Shown in pieces: positions 15,557 through 25,271 of a stretch of 32,000 nt of DNA. A model generated the notes under the pieces. The model had not been told where the DNA came from. It ran no database searches and worked only from the letters and a program-made list of their open reading frames with translations. This stretch comes from Candidatus Hermodarchaeota archaeon (GTDB lineage: Archaea; Asgardarchaeota; Heimdallarchaeia; Hodarchaeales; Hodarchaeaceae). The DNA lies in the NCBI GenBank assembly GCA_048886185.1, contig JBHLKY010000023.1:1-32000 (forward strand), written 5' to 3'. Position 1 is the stretch's first letter; each line of letters begins with the position of its first letter. The position numbers were made by a program, and so were the translations under genes.

Positions 15557-17391
15557 TAGATAACCGCCTCCAGCAGTATTTCTTCATCTAGATCGAATCG
15601 TTTAACAAAAATGTTCCTGTATTCCTCAGATGTTTTTAAAAGCTTCTTATGAGTTCCTTTGGCAATTATTTCTCCTTTTTTCATCACAAGTATTAAATCT
15701 GCCCATCTAATTTGACTTAGTCTGTGCGTAATTAAAAATGTAGTCCTACCATAGAGTATTTTCGTCATTGCCTGTTGAATTTTATCCTCTGTGTCCGAGT
15801 CAATTGCAGAAGTTGAATCGTCCAATATTAATATTCGTGGATCAGTCAAAAAGGCTCTTGCTATGGCAATACGTTGTCTTTGGCCTCCACTCAATTGCAC
15901 TCCACGTTCTCCCACCTCACTATCATACCCCTTTGGTAATTTCATAATAAAATCGTGAGCTTGAGCTTCTTTAGCAACTCTTTTTATTTCGGTAAGGGAA
16001 CTCGTTAAACCAAATGAAATATTCTCAGCTATTTTATCCGAAAAAAGAAAGGTATCCTGTTCAATATAGGAGATTTGACTCCTTAATGACTCTAATTTCC
16101 ATTCTTTAATATTTACATTGTCTATTAATATTTGTCCCTCATCTGGATCATATAATCTAGAAAGCAACTTTGTCATTGTTGTTTTGCCAGATCCAGTTGT
16201 TCCCACTATAGCCACTGTCTGTCCAGGAGCAATAACAAAACTAACATTCGATAAAACCTTCGTTTTGGATCCTGGGTACTTGAATGAGACATTTTCAAAC
16301 TTTATCAGACCATTGATTTTTCTATCTACACCAAGAATATTTTCATCGATATCAGATTCCTTCTCCATTATATCGAGCAAACGATCTGCTCCAGATACCG
16401 CCAATTTAATTAATGCAAAAACCCAGATTGATATAAAAGTCGGAAACCTCAGATTGGAGATTAAACCGACATATGCTATGATCATTCCGACGGTCATTCG
16501 TTCCTCAAAGAAAAGATAGATTCCATGTCCTAATCCTAGAGTGATTGCTATTCCTATGAGTAATAATGGTAGGTATTTTGCCATGATTTTTCCTTGAAGT
16601 ACAAAAGCATCCCTATAACCTTGAGCATTGATGAGATAACGATTCATTTCGTATTTTTCTGATGTGCTCCCCTTAACAACTTCTATACCTGAAAGAGTTT
16701 CATTTAATATTGTGTTCATTTCACCGAATTCAAATCGTAATTGGTCACTAACAGGCCCCAGCTTTCTTGTATATCCTCTTAAAGTTATTATAAAGAGAAA
16801 TGTAAATAATAAGGGAGTAAGCAAGAGCTCTGAAGGGTAAAAAAATGCAATAAAAATTATTGGTGTAATCAAATTCATAAATGATTCAAATAATAAAGAG
16901 AGGCCTGGACTGATCATAAAATTCAACATGCGGACATCATTGGTTGCTCTTGCCATGATGTCTCCAATACGCTGAGAGTCATGGAATGATTGGCTTTTTC
17001 CCAGTAAATTAACATAAAACTCATGGCGTGCCTCCTTCTCCATTCTTTGAGCCAGCGTTTCTCGAATGATGTTTGTTACTAAATTAAGAATGGGTGATCC
17101 AACAGCAAAGATAATAAATAAAATGGCGTATGTTAAAAGATTTGTTCCTTCTCCTTTCGCAAATTCATCCAAAGCTATTCCTATGATAATCATTAAACCA
17201 GAATTTAATGTAGCAGTTAAAATGGTACCAATGAAGATAAAAAAAACAATAAGCTTGTTTGATCCAGCAAACATATGAGCGATAATCCATTGACGAGGGC
17301 CCTTCCGTCTTACCTTTTCGAATTTATCCTCCTCTGGTGAGAATTCCACCTTAAAAGAATTAATCGGCACTTTAGAACCGTCTCTCGTCAT
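15556..17391 (-). CDS. ABC exporter subunit (TMD+NBD) with degenerate Walker B; partner of a heterodimer
   Basis: Walker A GTTGSGKT, signature LSGGQRQR, Walker B LILDDSTSAID (E to D). This is the TM287/TM288-like asymmetric pattern. Confidence 0.93.
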   Translation of the reverse strand: MTRDGSKVPINSFKVEFSPEEDKFEKVRRKGPRQWIIAHMFAGSNKLIVFFIFIGTILTATLNSGLMIIIGIALDEFAKGEGTNLLTYAILFIIFAVGSPILNLVTNIIRETLAQRMEKEARHEFYVNLLGKSQSFHDSQRIGDIMARATNDVRMLNFMISPGLSLLFESFMNLITPIIFIAFFYPSELLLTPLLFTFLFIITLRGYTRKLGPVSDQLRFEFGEMNTILNETLSGIEVVKGSTSEKYEMNRYLINAQGYRDAFVLQGKIMAKYLPLLLIGIAITLGLGHGIYLFFEERMTVGMIIAYVGLISNLRFPTFISIWVFALIKLAVSGADRLLDIMEKESDIDENILGVDRKINGLIKFENVSFKYPGSKTKVLSNVSFVIAPGQTVAIVGTTGSGKTTMTKLLSRLYDPDEGQILIDNVNIKEWKLESLRSQISYIEQDTFLFSDKIAENISFGLTSSLTEIKRVAKEAQAHDFIMKLPKGYDSEVGERGVQLSGGQRQRIAIARAFLTDPRILILDDSTSAIDSDTEDKIQQAMTKILYGRTTFLITHRLSQIRWADLILVMKKGEIIAKGTHKKLLKTSEEYRNIFVKRFDLDEEILLEAVI

Positions 17392-17530
17392 GATTTACTT
17401 TTTCCTGCTTAATATAACCTTTTTGATTTATTTTAATCAGTATTTATCTGATTTCCTTTTTTTTACTAATTTACATAGTTCTTGTCTATAAGGAAATAAA
17501 GAGATTATTCCATTTGGATTAAAAGAGGAT

Positions 17531-18268
17531 TTATATCCTAGCTTCCCAATTTATCTCTCGAGGATTAAACCTGGGTTTAATGATTAATTCAGCTGTATTA
17601 ACTGTATCTGATTCTGAAACTAAATAATGACAAGCATGAGCCACATCGTCTGGTTCCATACTCCATTCAACTTTTTCTGGTTTATTTCCTCCAAATTCTG
17701 TGACAACGCTCCCGGGGCATACAACAGCAACTTTGATCTTATATTCTTTAAGATCTTCTCGTAATGACCAAGTATACCCTACTACAGCATGTTTTGAAGC
17801 AGCGTACAACGTACCTGTTTTAAATCCTGTTTTCCCTGCTATACTAGCAATATTGATGATTTGACCTGCTTCACGAGACACCATATGAGGAACAACATAT
17901 TTAGTTACTAGGAAGACTCCTTTAATGTTGACATCAAACATGAAATGATAATCATCTAATGTGAAATCATCAACTCGTTTGAATCTGCCTACACCTGCAT
18001 TATTTACTAAGATGTCAATCCTACCAAAATGGTTAATTGTCTCCTGAACTAATTGCTTTACCTGTTCTTCATTAGTGACATCGGTGGGAATAACTAAGGA
18101 TTTCCCTTTGTCAATTTTCCTAATCTCATCTTGTACATGTCGTAATTGAATTTCATTCCTAGCCACTAAAACAACATCAATATCATTAGCAGCAAATTTT
18201 AAACTGATAGCTTTCCCAATCCCTTTGCTAGCACCTGTAATAATTGCGGTTTTTTTAATCTCTTTCAT
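17531..18268 (-). CDS. Short-chain dehydrogenase/reductase
   Basis: ITGASKGIG, VARN (basic residue, suggesting NADP), NNAG, and catalytic YAASK. Confidence 0.92.
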   Translation of the reverse strand: MKEIKKTAIITGASKGIGKAISLKFAANDIDVVLVARNEIQLRHVQDEIRKIDKGKSLVIPTDVTNEEQVKQLVQETINHFGRIDILVNNAGVGRFKRVDDFTLDDYHFMFDVNIKGVFLVTKYVVPHMVSREAGQIINIASIAGKTGFKTGTLYAASKHAVVGYTWSLREDLKEYKIKVAVVCPGSVVTEFGGNKPEKVEWSMEPDDVAHACHYLVSESDTVNTAELIIKPRFNPREINWEARI

Positions 18269-18395
18269 CAGTTATCCACCAAAGAACTGAAAAATCATTT
18301 AGTTTAAGCAAAAAAGTAAAAACAAGAAAAAAGGCCCTCTACCAAAATCGTTATTTTTTTCTACCATGTTATTGGTAATCTGGAGGAATTGATAA

Positions 18396-18827
18396 ATGAA
18401 TGATTCTTTTACAATTAACATAAAAAAGACAGGACCAATACAGTTCACAACAACTTTCGATAAAGAATTTCCAGAACTATTATTTGATGAGGACAAACTA
18501 GTAGGAGGGGAGGATAAATATCCCAACCCGTCTAGAGTTCTAACTGCTGCGGTCGCTAGTTGTCTTTCCGCTTCCTTTACATTATGTCTTAAAAAAGCTA
18601 GAATTCCTGTCGACCGATTGGAAACCAAAGCGACATGTACGATAGTACCTAATGAAGAAGGATATCTTCGAATAACTCAAATTGATGTGAGTATTCATCC
18701 AGAATGGGATTCAGAAATTGGGATGAGAAAGAGAGATCATTGTGTAAAGATTTTTAAAAATTTATGTGTTGCTACCAATGCTGTAGTTAATAAAGTCCCT
18801 GTAAATGTTGATGTCCGATTGGAGTAA
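18396..18827 (+). CDS. OsmC/Ohr-like protein
   Basis: YPNPSRVLTAAVASCLS and a second Cys in DHCVKIF...LCV. Confidence 0.85.
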   Translation: MNDSFTINIKKTGPIQFTTTFDKEFPELLFDEDKLVGGEDKYPNPSRVLTAAVASCLSASFTLCLKKARIPVDRLETKATCTIVPNEEGYLRITQIDVSIHPEWDSEIGMRKRDHCVKIFKNLCVATNAVVNKVPVNVDVRLE

Positions 18828-18872
18828 TTTTTCTTCTAATAACAAATTAATATTGCATTAAAATCTTTTTTA

Positions 18873-19625
18873 TTATTGACTAGCTAATCCTCCTGTGATT
18901 TCACCTCCGTCTATAACAAAGCTTTGCCCAGTAATAAATTTAGCGTCATCAGAAGCGAGAAAGGTAAAGAGAGCAGCCACTTCTTCAGGTTGGCCTAGTC
19001 TACCTAATGGAATTTTGCGTTCACATTCACTTAGCATTTCAGGTGTGTATTCAGTCTCCTGCATTGGTGTTAAGATGTAACCAGGGCAGATAACATTTAC
19101 ACGTATAGTAGGAGCTAGTTCTAATGCCATAGAATATGTTAACTCTATTACCCCTGCTTTTGAAACGTTGTAATCAGTATAATAAGGATAACCCCTCATA
19201 CCATTTGTTGAACCCATGTTTAAAATGACACCCCCACCTTGTGTTAACATTCTTTGAGCAGCTTGTTGGGCAACAAAGAACATACCATTCAGATTCACGT
19301 TCATAATCCTCATCCATTCTTCAGGGGTTATTTCCATAAAGGCATGTCTAATACTGATTCCAGCATTATTGATCAGAATGTCTAATCCTTTCATTATGTC
19401 ATCAAGTTTGTTGAAAGCATGGACAACATCTTTGTACTTAGAGACATCAGCTGTAATAGTTCCACTTAATGCTGGTAGATTACTTTTAATTTGTTGACAG
19501 GCTTTATCATCAATATCCAAAACAACCACTTTCGCATCTTCTTCTAAGAAACGCGATGCTGTCGCCTCACCTATTCCTCTCGCTCCTCCTGTAATAAGAA
19601 CCCGTTTATTCTTTAATCCACGCAT
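18873..19625 (-). CDS. Short-chain dehydrogenase/reductase (FabG-like, likely NAD)
   Basis: ITGGARGIG, VLDID, NNAG, YNVSK, RVNVICPG, PLGRLGQPEEVA, ITGQSFVIDGG; SD AAGGAG upstream. Confidence 0.92.
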   Translation of the reverse strand: MRGLKNKRVLITGGARGIGEATASRFLEEDAKVVVLDIDDKACQQIKSNLPALSGTITADVSKYKDVVHAFNKLDDIMKGLDILINNAGISIRHAFMEITPEEWMRIMNVNLNGMFFVAQQAAQRMLTQGGGVILNMGSTNGMRGYPYYTDYNVSKAGVIELTYSMALELAPTIRVNVICPGYILTPMQETEYTPEMLSECERKIPLGRLGQPEEVAALFTFLASDDAKFITGQSFVIDGGEITGGLASQ

Positions 19626-19670
19626 AATTTTCTCCTTAACCTATTTATTCGCTGTTACTTTTTTTTAAGC

Positions 19671-21509
19671 TTAAAAATTCATAATACTTTTGGGGAAAAA
19701 TAATTCTTCTGTAAAGTATGACTGGAACATTGGAAAATTTGTGAGCTCGAGACGTTTAACACTAGTTGCAATAGTACTAGCCATTTTTCGGGCATCCATT
19801 GATAATAAGAATGCTCTCCCTCCTTTTTCTGCAGTGTTACCTTTAATAATGAATCGATTATTATCTAGAGTGGGTAATAAACCTATAATCTTCGCGCTGT
19901 TAATATCTAGATTTGAACCAAATACTCCAGCAATATGAACTGAATCAATCTCTTTCATCTGTATAGCGAGATGAGAAGTCAATGTGCGTATTGCAGCAAG
20001 TGTTGCTGCCTTTGCTTTCTGAATAGCCTCTACATCTTTTCGTGTCAGATATATAGCCTGATTATTTAAAGATTCTTGAGGTGGCACTAAAATTAACTTC
20101 TTAATTTTCTCTCCAGAGATCGAAAAGAGCTGGCCTCGGAAATCTAATTGTTTTTGAAGCAATAGTTGTGCTAAAATGTCAATAATTCCGGTACCACATA
20201 TTCCTTTGGGTTTATCTGAGTTAATGGTTTGGTATTGATAATTCCCATCTATAATTTTAAACTTCTCAATCGCTCCAGTCACTCCTCGCATACCACAAGC
20301 AATATGTTGTCCCTCAAAGGCACCACCAGCAGCAACTGATGCAGCATATAAGTTGTTGTTATTAAGAAGGATAATTTCGGAATTAGTACCAAAATCAATC
20401 AATAAGTGGGTCCCTTCTTTTTGATTGAAACCAGTATAGAGAATATCTACCACTGCGTCTGATCCAATAAAGCCACCAATGAGGGGTGGTGTTGTAATTA
20501 TTACGTGAGGTGGTAGATTAAGCGTTTTATCTTTATCCAAAGCCTTTGCGGAAAATGAAAGGGTTTTGGAAGTGACAGGTACAAAAGGAGCTCTGGATAA
20601 TCCTATCACTGGTAAGTTCAACAGTAAGTGATGCATCACTGAATTACCAACAATCACTATTTCATAAATATTTGTAAGAGAAGAGTTTTCAGTTAAAGTT
20701 AGATTGGTCAAGAGTTCCGATATTCCAAGAAGGACACTTTTCTGTAATTCCAGTTGATTCGAAGTTGAGGATAGAGCATGGGTTAATCGGCTCATTATAT
20801 CTCTGCCAAATTTAATTTGTGGATTAATAATTGAATCTGCACCAAGAATAACTCCTGATTCGAGATTTATAAGAGTAGCTACGATAGATGTAGTGCCTAT
20901 GTCGATTACAGCTCCAAAGAGAGGAGATTTATTTTTTTGTATCTGAATTAAATGATTTAGTTCTCTATCAATAACTGCAACAACCCTACCTTCATTTTCT
21001 CGTAATAAATATGCCATTTGAGATAAGATTTCAGTGTCTGTAGCAATTAGTTGGTTCTTGTATAATCCTTCTAGACCCTTTAATAAGCGTGAAAAGTCAT
21101 TTTGAGGGTTTTCTAAAGTTGGAGCTGATACTAATACAGAATGGGATGATATTCTTGGTTCAAACACGAAATTTAGCTTGAAATCACTGAAAGAGTCTTG
21201 AATCTTGAATATACTATCTCGAATTTCACTTATATCTAGAATTGTCAGTTTTAAATCTATTTCTCCTGGAATGACTTGGCAGGCTAAGCGAATATTGCCA
21301 GAGATGGTATCTCCTAGTATGTGTTTTTCAACATTGGTCGGAGGATTAATTTCCCAGATTAACTTTGGGTCTTTTACTGACATACTGGTTAGATTAACAC
21401 GACATTTTCCACATTTGCCATTCCCCCCACAAAGTGAATTAATAATATTCCTTCCTAAGCATTTGTGAATAATATTCAACAAATTACTTTCATCTGGAGA
21501 AAACTGCAC
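19671..21509 (-). CDS. [2Fe-2S]-ASKHA corrinoid reactivating ATPase (RACo/RamA/DUF4445 family)
   Basis: CGGNGKCGKC...RLACQ 2Fe-2S motif, IDIGTTS, NPQIKFGRDIMSR, VGNSVMHHL, GGFIGSD, IDFGTNSE, GICGTG, AGVFG and GNTA. The true start may lie further upstream (see findings). Confidence 0.88.
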   Translation of the reverse strand: MQFSPDESNLLNIIHKCLGRNIINSLCGGNGKCGKCRVNLTSMSVKDPKLIWEINPPTNVEKHILGDTISGNIRLACQVIPGEIDLKLTILDISEIRDSIFKIQDSFSDFKLNFVFEPRISSHSVLVSAPTLENPQNDFSRLLKGLEGLYKNQLIATDTEILSQMAYLLRENEGRVVAVIDRELNHLIQIQKNKSPLFGAVIDIGTTSIVATLINLESGVILGADSIINPQIKFGRDIMSRLTHALSSTSNQLELQKSVLLGISELLTNLTLTENSSLTNIYEIVIVGNSVMHHLLLNLPVIGLSRAPFVPVTSKTLSFSAKALDKDKTLNLPPHVIITTPPLIGGFIGSDAVVDILYTGFNQKEGTHLLIDFGTNSEIILLNNNNLYAASVAAGGAFEGQHIACGMRGVTGAIEKFKIIDGNYQYQTINSDKPKGICGTGIIDILAQLLLQKQLDFRGQLFSISGEKIKKLILVPPQESLNNQAIYLTRKDVEAIQKAKAATLAAIRTLTSHLAIQMKEIDSVHIAGVFGSNLDINSAKIIGLLPTLDNNRFIIKGNTAEKGGRAFLLSMDARKMASTIATSVKRLELTNFPMFQSYFTEELFFPKSIMNF

Positions 21510-21714
21510 AATCTGATTCAGATTAGTAATTTCTATGTGTGGAATGATGATTCCCTTCTGAAATTAGTATTTATTAACTCCAAATCACAAGACCTTTTTT
21601 ACCCTTTTTGTACTATTGCCACATTATGTAGATTTTTATACCCTATATCTTATGTTAATCCAATCAACTAATCATTTTGTTGATCCTCCTATTTCCCTAG
21701 AGTATAACATGGTT

Positions 21715-21751
21715 GTGGGGTGAACCATCTTTGGGATGTGTTCACCCCCTA
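21715..21751. repeat. GC-rich intergenic palindrome/hairpin, REP-like
   Basis: GTGGGGTGAAC-CATC-TTTGG-GATG-T-GTTCACCCC-T-AC forms about 15 base pairs with two single-nucleotide bulges, in an otherwise AT-rich spacer. Confidence 0.6.
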
Positions 21752-21832
21752 CTTATCACTACAAAGGAAATTTACTTATTCAATTCTTTCTTTTTCTCCT
21801 ACTGACTGAATTAAGAAAAGGATTTTTGACAA

Positions 21833-22114
21833 ATGACGAAGAAAGGGGAGATAAAAGAATGGTTATCACGGATTCAATATGGATTGGAGAATCCTCAAGA
21901 ATATTCTATTATTTTTCGTGATCTTGATGAATACATCGAACTGTCCTTTGAAGAGTTTATTAAAAGGCGACAAGAAGATAGCATTCCTCTTCACAGGATC
22001 ACACAAATCCGTAATAAAGATGTTCCTGTCTATACACGTCCTAATTTTTGTTCTAATTGTGGTAATCCTTTAGAGGAGGAAGCTTGTCGGAATTTAAAAT
22101 GTAATATGAAATAA
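21833..22114 (+). CDS. DUF504/MJ1316-like domain protein with a C-terminal Zn ribbon
   Basis: YSIIFRD...IELSFEEF...IPLHRITQIR...VY matches the DUF504 pattern, followed by CSNC...CRNLKC. Confidence 0.7.
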   Translation: MTKKGEIKEWLSRIQYGLENPQEYSIIFRDLDEYIELSFEEFIKRRQEDSIPLHRITQIRNKDVPVYTRPNFCSNCGNPLEEEACRNLKCNMK

Positions 22115-22415
22115 AGGACATTTCTCAGATAAAATAAATTACCCAGAAAAGGATATAAATTAAAAAATTTGTTGATTTTCCCACAAACAGTACACGGATA
22201 GTTTCTATACCCTACTTGTATTTAAATAATCCAGAAATAGTGTTTCCTATCGAAATTAGAACTATTTTTTTTTCTGATCCCACGAAAAATATCATCTGGC
22301 GGAAATTACCTACCACTATCATTATTTTTAAATTAGATAGTATTATCAAAGTATCTATTACTTTACATGCACGAAAGAAGAGTTTAAAAGCCGTTTTCAG
22401 AAGAGTGACTTGAAT

Positions 22416-23348
22416 ATGCAATCTGAAATCATCATTACGAATTCTTTGACCAAATATTATGGAAAAATATTAGGAATCGAAGATATTTCAATGAAGGTTC
22501 CAAGAGGTGGTGTAGGGTTTCTTGGGCCAAATGGAGCAGGGAAAACTACACTAATCAGGACCTTACTCGGTATCATTCGACCTACACGAGGGAGTGCACA
22601 GGTTCTCGGATATGATATTCGACATGAAATCAATCAGGTGAGAGACCGTATAGGGTATATCCCAGAATTTAACACATCATTCATTCCTGACACTACTGCT
22701 ATGAATTTTGTAGCATTTTGTGGTCGAATGAATGGATTATCTTATCCTGAGAGTAAACAAAGAGCAAGTGATTCCCTCTTTTATGTTGGATTAGGAGAGG
22801 AGCGTTATCGAAATCTTTCTACATTTTCACTGGGAATGAAACAAAAGGTGAAGCTGGCTGTTGCTCTGGTTCATGATCCAGAAATTATCATTTGTGATGA
22901 ACCAACCAATGGATTAGATCCCTCTGGACGCGTTCAGATGCTTGAATTAATTCGAAATCTACAGATAGATGAAGGAAAAAACATAATTCTTAGTTCACAT
23001 CTTCTTCGAGACGTTGAACAGACCACTGATTATGCATTAGTTATATCAGAGGGAAAAATACTTGCCCAAGGAAATATAAAAGAATTAACAGCGAATAAAC
23101 GTTCAACTATTAGTGTAAAAGTGAAATCAAAACAGGATGATCTCTTGAAAGCGCTTGAAGCTAATGGAATGAAAGTTTGGATAGACGGGGCTTTCATTGA
23201 GATTGAGAAAACTCCAAATATTGAAAAAGAAATTTTTACTACTGCTTATCAAGTAGGCATTGATATTCGATATTTGGGGAGCCGATCAAGAAGTCTGGAG
23301 GATGTTTTTGTAAGTTTATTTGCAGAACAGGAGGTTCAAATTCAATGA
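22416..23348 (+). CDS. ABC-2-type transporter ATP-binding subunit
   Basis: GPNGAGKTT, FSLGMKQK, ICDEPTNGLDP, SSHLL. ATG 22416 is preferred to TTG 22410. Confidence 0.93.
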   Translation: MQSEIIITNSLTKYYGKILGIEDISMKVPRGGVGFLGPNGAGKTTLIRTLLGIIRPTRGSAQVLGYDIRHEINQVRDRIGYIPEFNTSFIPDTTAMNFVAFCGRMNGLSYPESKQRASDSLFYVGLGEERYRNLSTFSLGMKQKVKLAVALVHDPEIIICDEPTNGLDPSGRVQMLELIRNLQIDEGKNIILSSHLLRDVEQTTDYALVISEGKILAQGNIKELTANKRSTISVKVKSKQDDLLKALEANGMKVWIDGAFIEIEKTPNIEKEIFTTAYQVGIDIRYLGSRSRSLEDVFVSLFAEQEVQIQ

Positions 23349-24346
23349 GTGAATCAAATACGAGTCCTGATGCTTACGTCAGAAAATTCGCATTTAGACC
23401 TTTTGATGGTTTTCGTCGTGGTCGGCTTTATCGCTTATGGGCTATTGCTTGGCAATGGTGGATTCATGAATGGAGACGCTCTAAGGCTGTGAAATTTCTT
23501 ATTGGATTTTTAATATTCACATTTGTGTTAATGAATATGTTTCTGTTATTTACCAAAGATATAATGCTCAATTTGAATCCTGGTCTCACAACAAATGATC
23601 TATTAGAAGATAATCTTCTCACAACGGTACGTGGAATTGTAACTTTCGGAATATCTTTCGCTGTTGAAAATGATGATGGTATGTCAGATACTGAATTCAA
23701 CTTTGGAGGTACCAGCATCTTCATTCTCATCCTCCTAGTTATTGTGGGATCTGGACTCATTGCTGACGATATATCTAATCAAACTACTGAAATATATTAC
23801 AGTAAGCTAGAGAAGCATGAATATGTCCTTGGAAAATTTTTGGCATTCATTATTTTCGGTAATATCGTACTTACAATGCCTTATGTTCTTGAATTTTTTT
23901 TGTTGGTAGTTGGCCTTGGAAATATTGATCTTATTTCTGCTCTTCCACTCTTAATTCATGTTATCGTATTTACAGAATTGATTACAGTCACATACTCAGC
24001 GATTATCCTTGCTTTTTCTTCTCTTACGAATCGAAGATTATATGCTGGTTTAACAACGTTTATGTTACTATTCACCGTTAATATGATTATTTCATCCTTA
24101 GCATTTTCAGGAGGCGAACCTGGCTTTGAATTACTATTTGATATCCTCACAGTCTTATTGCTAACATCTTACATTTTAAGTGGAACAACCACAGTTGAAC
24201 TTGATACCTTTAGGGGTTCTCAGATAATAAATTTGACTGATGGAATTGGTATTGAGAGTTGGATGGTGTTTGGTGCTTTAGGTTTGTTTATATTAATAGG
24301 TTTTCTAATTGTTGTCATTCAAGTTTATTGGAGGCATTCAAAATGA
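23345..24346 (+). CDS. ABC-2-type permease
   Basis: Hydrophobic; GSGLIADD...EIYYSKL...EYVLGKF; ATGA overlap with the upstream ATPase gene. Confidence 0.85.
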   Translation: MSESNTSPDAYVRKFAFRPFDGFRRGRLYRLWAIAWQWWIHEWRRSKAVKFLIGFLIFTFVLMNMFLLFTKDIMLNLNPGLTTNDLLEDNLLTTVRGIVTFGISFAVENDDGMSDTEFNFGGTSIFILILLVIVGSGLIADDISNQTTEIYYSKLEKHEYVLGKFLAFIIFGNIVLTMPYVLEFFLLVVGLGNIDLISALPLLIHVIVFTELITVTYSAIILAFSSLTNRRLYAGLTTFMLLFTVNMIISSLAFSGGEPGFELLFDILTVLLLTSYILSGTTTVELDTFRGSQIINLTDGIGIESWMVFGALGLFILIGFLIVVIQVYWRHSK

Positions 24347-25260
24347 TTGAAATTAATGAGGTGTCGAAATCATTTGGCGATGTCGTAGCTGTTTCTCGCT
24401 TAACTATGACTGCAAAATCTGGGGTGACAGGCTTCCTTGGACCGAACGGTGCTGGTAAATCAACAACGATTAAGCTTATTATGGGAGAAATACGTCCAGA
24501 TGCGGGAATAGTTCGAGTATTTGGCGAAAATCCTGTCAATAATGCAGTATTAAAAAGAAAAATTGGATATGTATCAGAACATGAGGATCTTTATCCATGG
24601 ATGAAAGGTAAACAGTTTATCACATCGCTTGCAAGATTGATCCTTCCCCGAGAACAAGCTGAAACCGCTGCCAAGGAAGCATTGTCAAAAGTAGGTCTGG
24701 CTGTTAAAGGAAAACGAATAAAATCATATTCAAAAGGAATGAAACAACGACTTAAAGTGGCAGCAGCAATTGTGCATGATCCAGATCTTCTGATTTTAGA
24801 TGAACCATTCGGAGGACTCGATCCATTAGGCCGCAGGGAAATGAAAGGCCTTGTGTCTAAATTGAATCACGAAGGAGTAACAATACTAATCTCGAGTCAT
24901 ATTCTCTATGAACTTGACGAAATGGCTACTAGGATGGTTCTCATTCATCGAGGGCAAGCGTTAGCTGAAGGCCCCCCTGAAGAGGTACTCAACCTTATTG
25001 ATCAATTTCCACATCAAATTTTATTCCGAGCACCGCAAAATGAGTTGCAAAAGTTGTCTAAACTCTTAATTGAAGAAAGTATAATCAAAACAATTACATT
25101 TTCTTCAGATAAAACAAAACACGATCTTATTGTGATAACAGATACCCCAAGTACGTTCTATCCTGTCGCTACTCGATTAATCGCAGAGAATGGACTTCTA
25201 ATAAATCATTTAGAAAGTCAAACCGATAATATTGAGGCGATTTTTGATTTCTTAACATAA
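24343..25260 (+). CDS. ABC-2-type transporter ATP-binding subunit
   Basis: True start is ATG 24343 (ATGA overlap). GPNGAGKST, YSKGMKQR, ILDEPFGGLDP, SSHIL. Confidence 0.93.
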   Translation: MIEINEVSKSFGDVVAVSRLTMTAKSGVTGFLGPNGAGKSTTIKLIMGEIRPDAGIVRVFGENPVNNAVLKRKIGYVSEHEDLYPWMKGKQFITSLARLILPREQAETAAKEALSKVGLAVKGKRIKSYSKGMKQRLKVAAAIVHDPDLLILDEPFGGLDPLGRREMKGLVSKLNHEGVTILISSHILYELDEMATRMVLIHRGQALAEGPPEEVLNLIDQFPHQILFRAPQNELQKLSKLLIEESIIKTITFSSDKTKHDLIVITDTPSTFYPVATRLIAENGLLINHLESQTDNIEAIFDFLT

Positions 25261-25271
25261 GGTGAAAAAAA

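Noticed and set aside
22212-22421. Short ORFs on both strands as a RiPP precursor for the radical SAM/ABC genes
   Set aside because: AT-rich, low-complexity translations with no SD and no Cys/Trp/Gly core or leader features; more likely promoter DNA.
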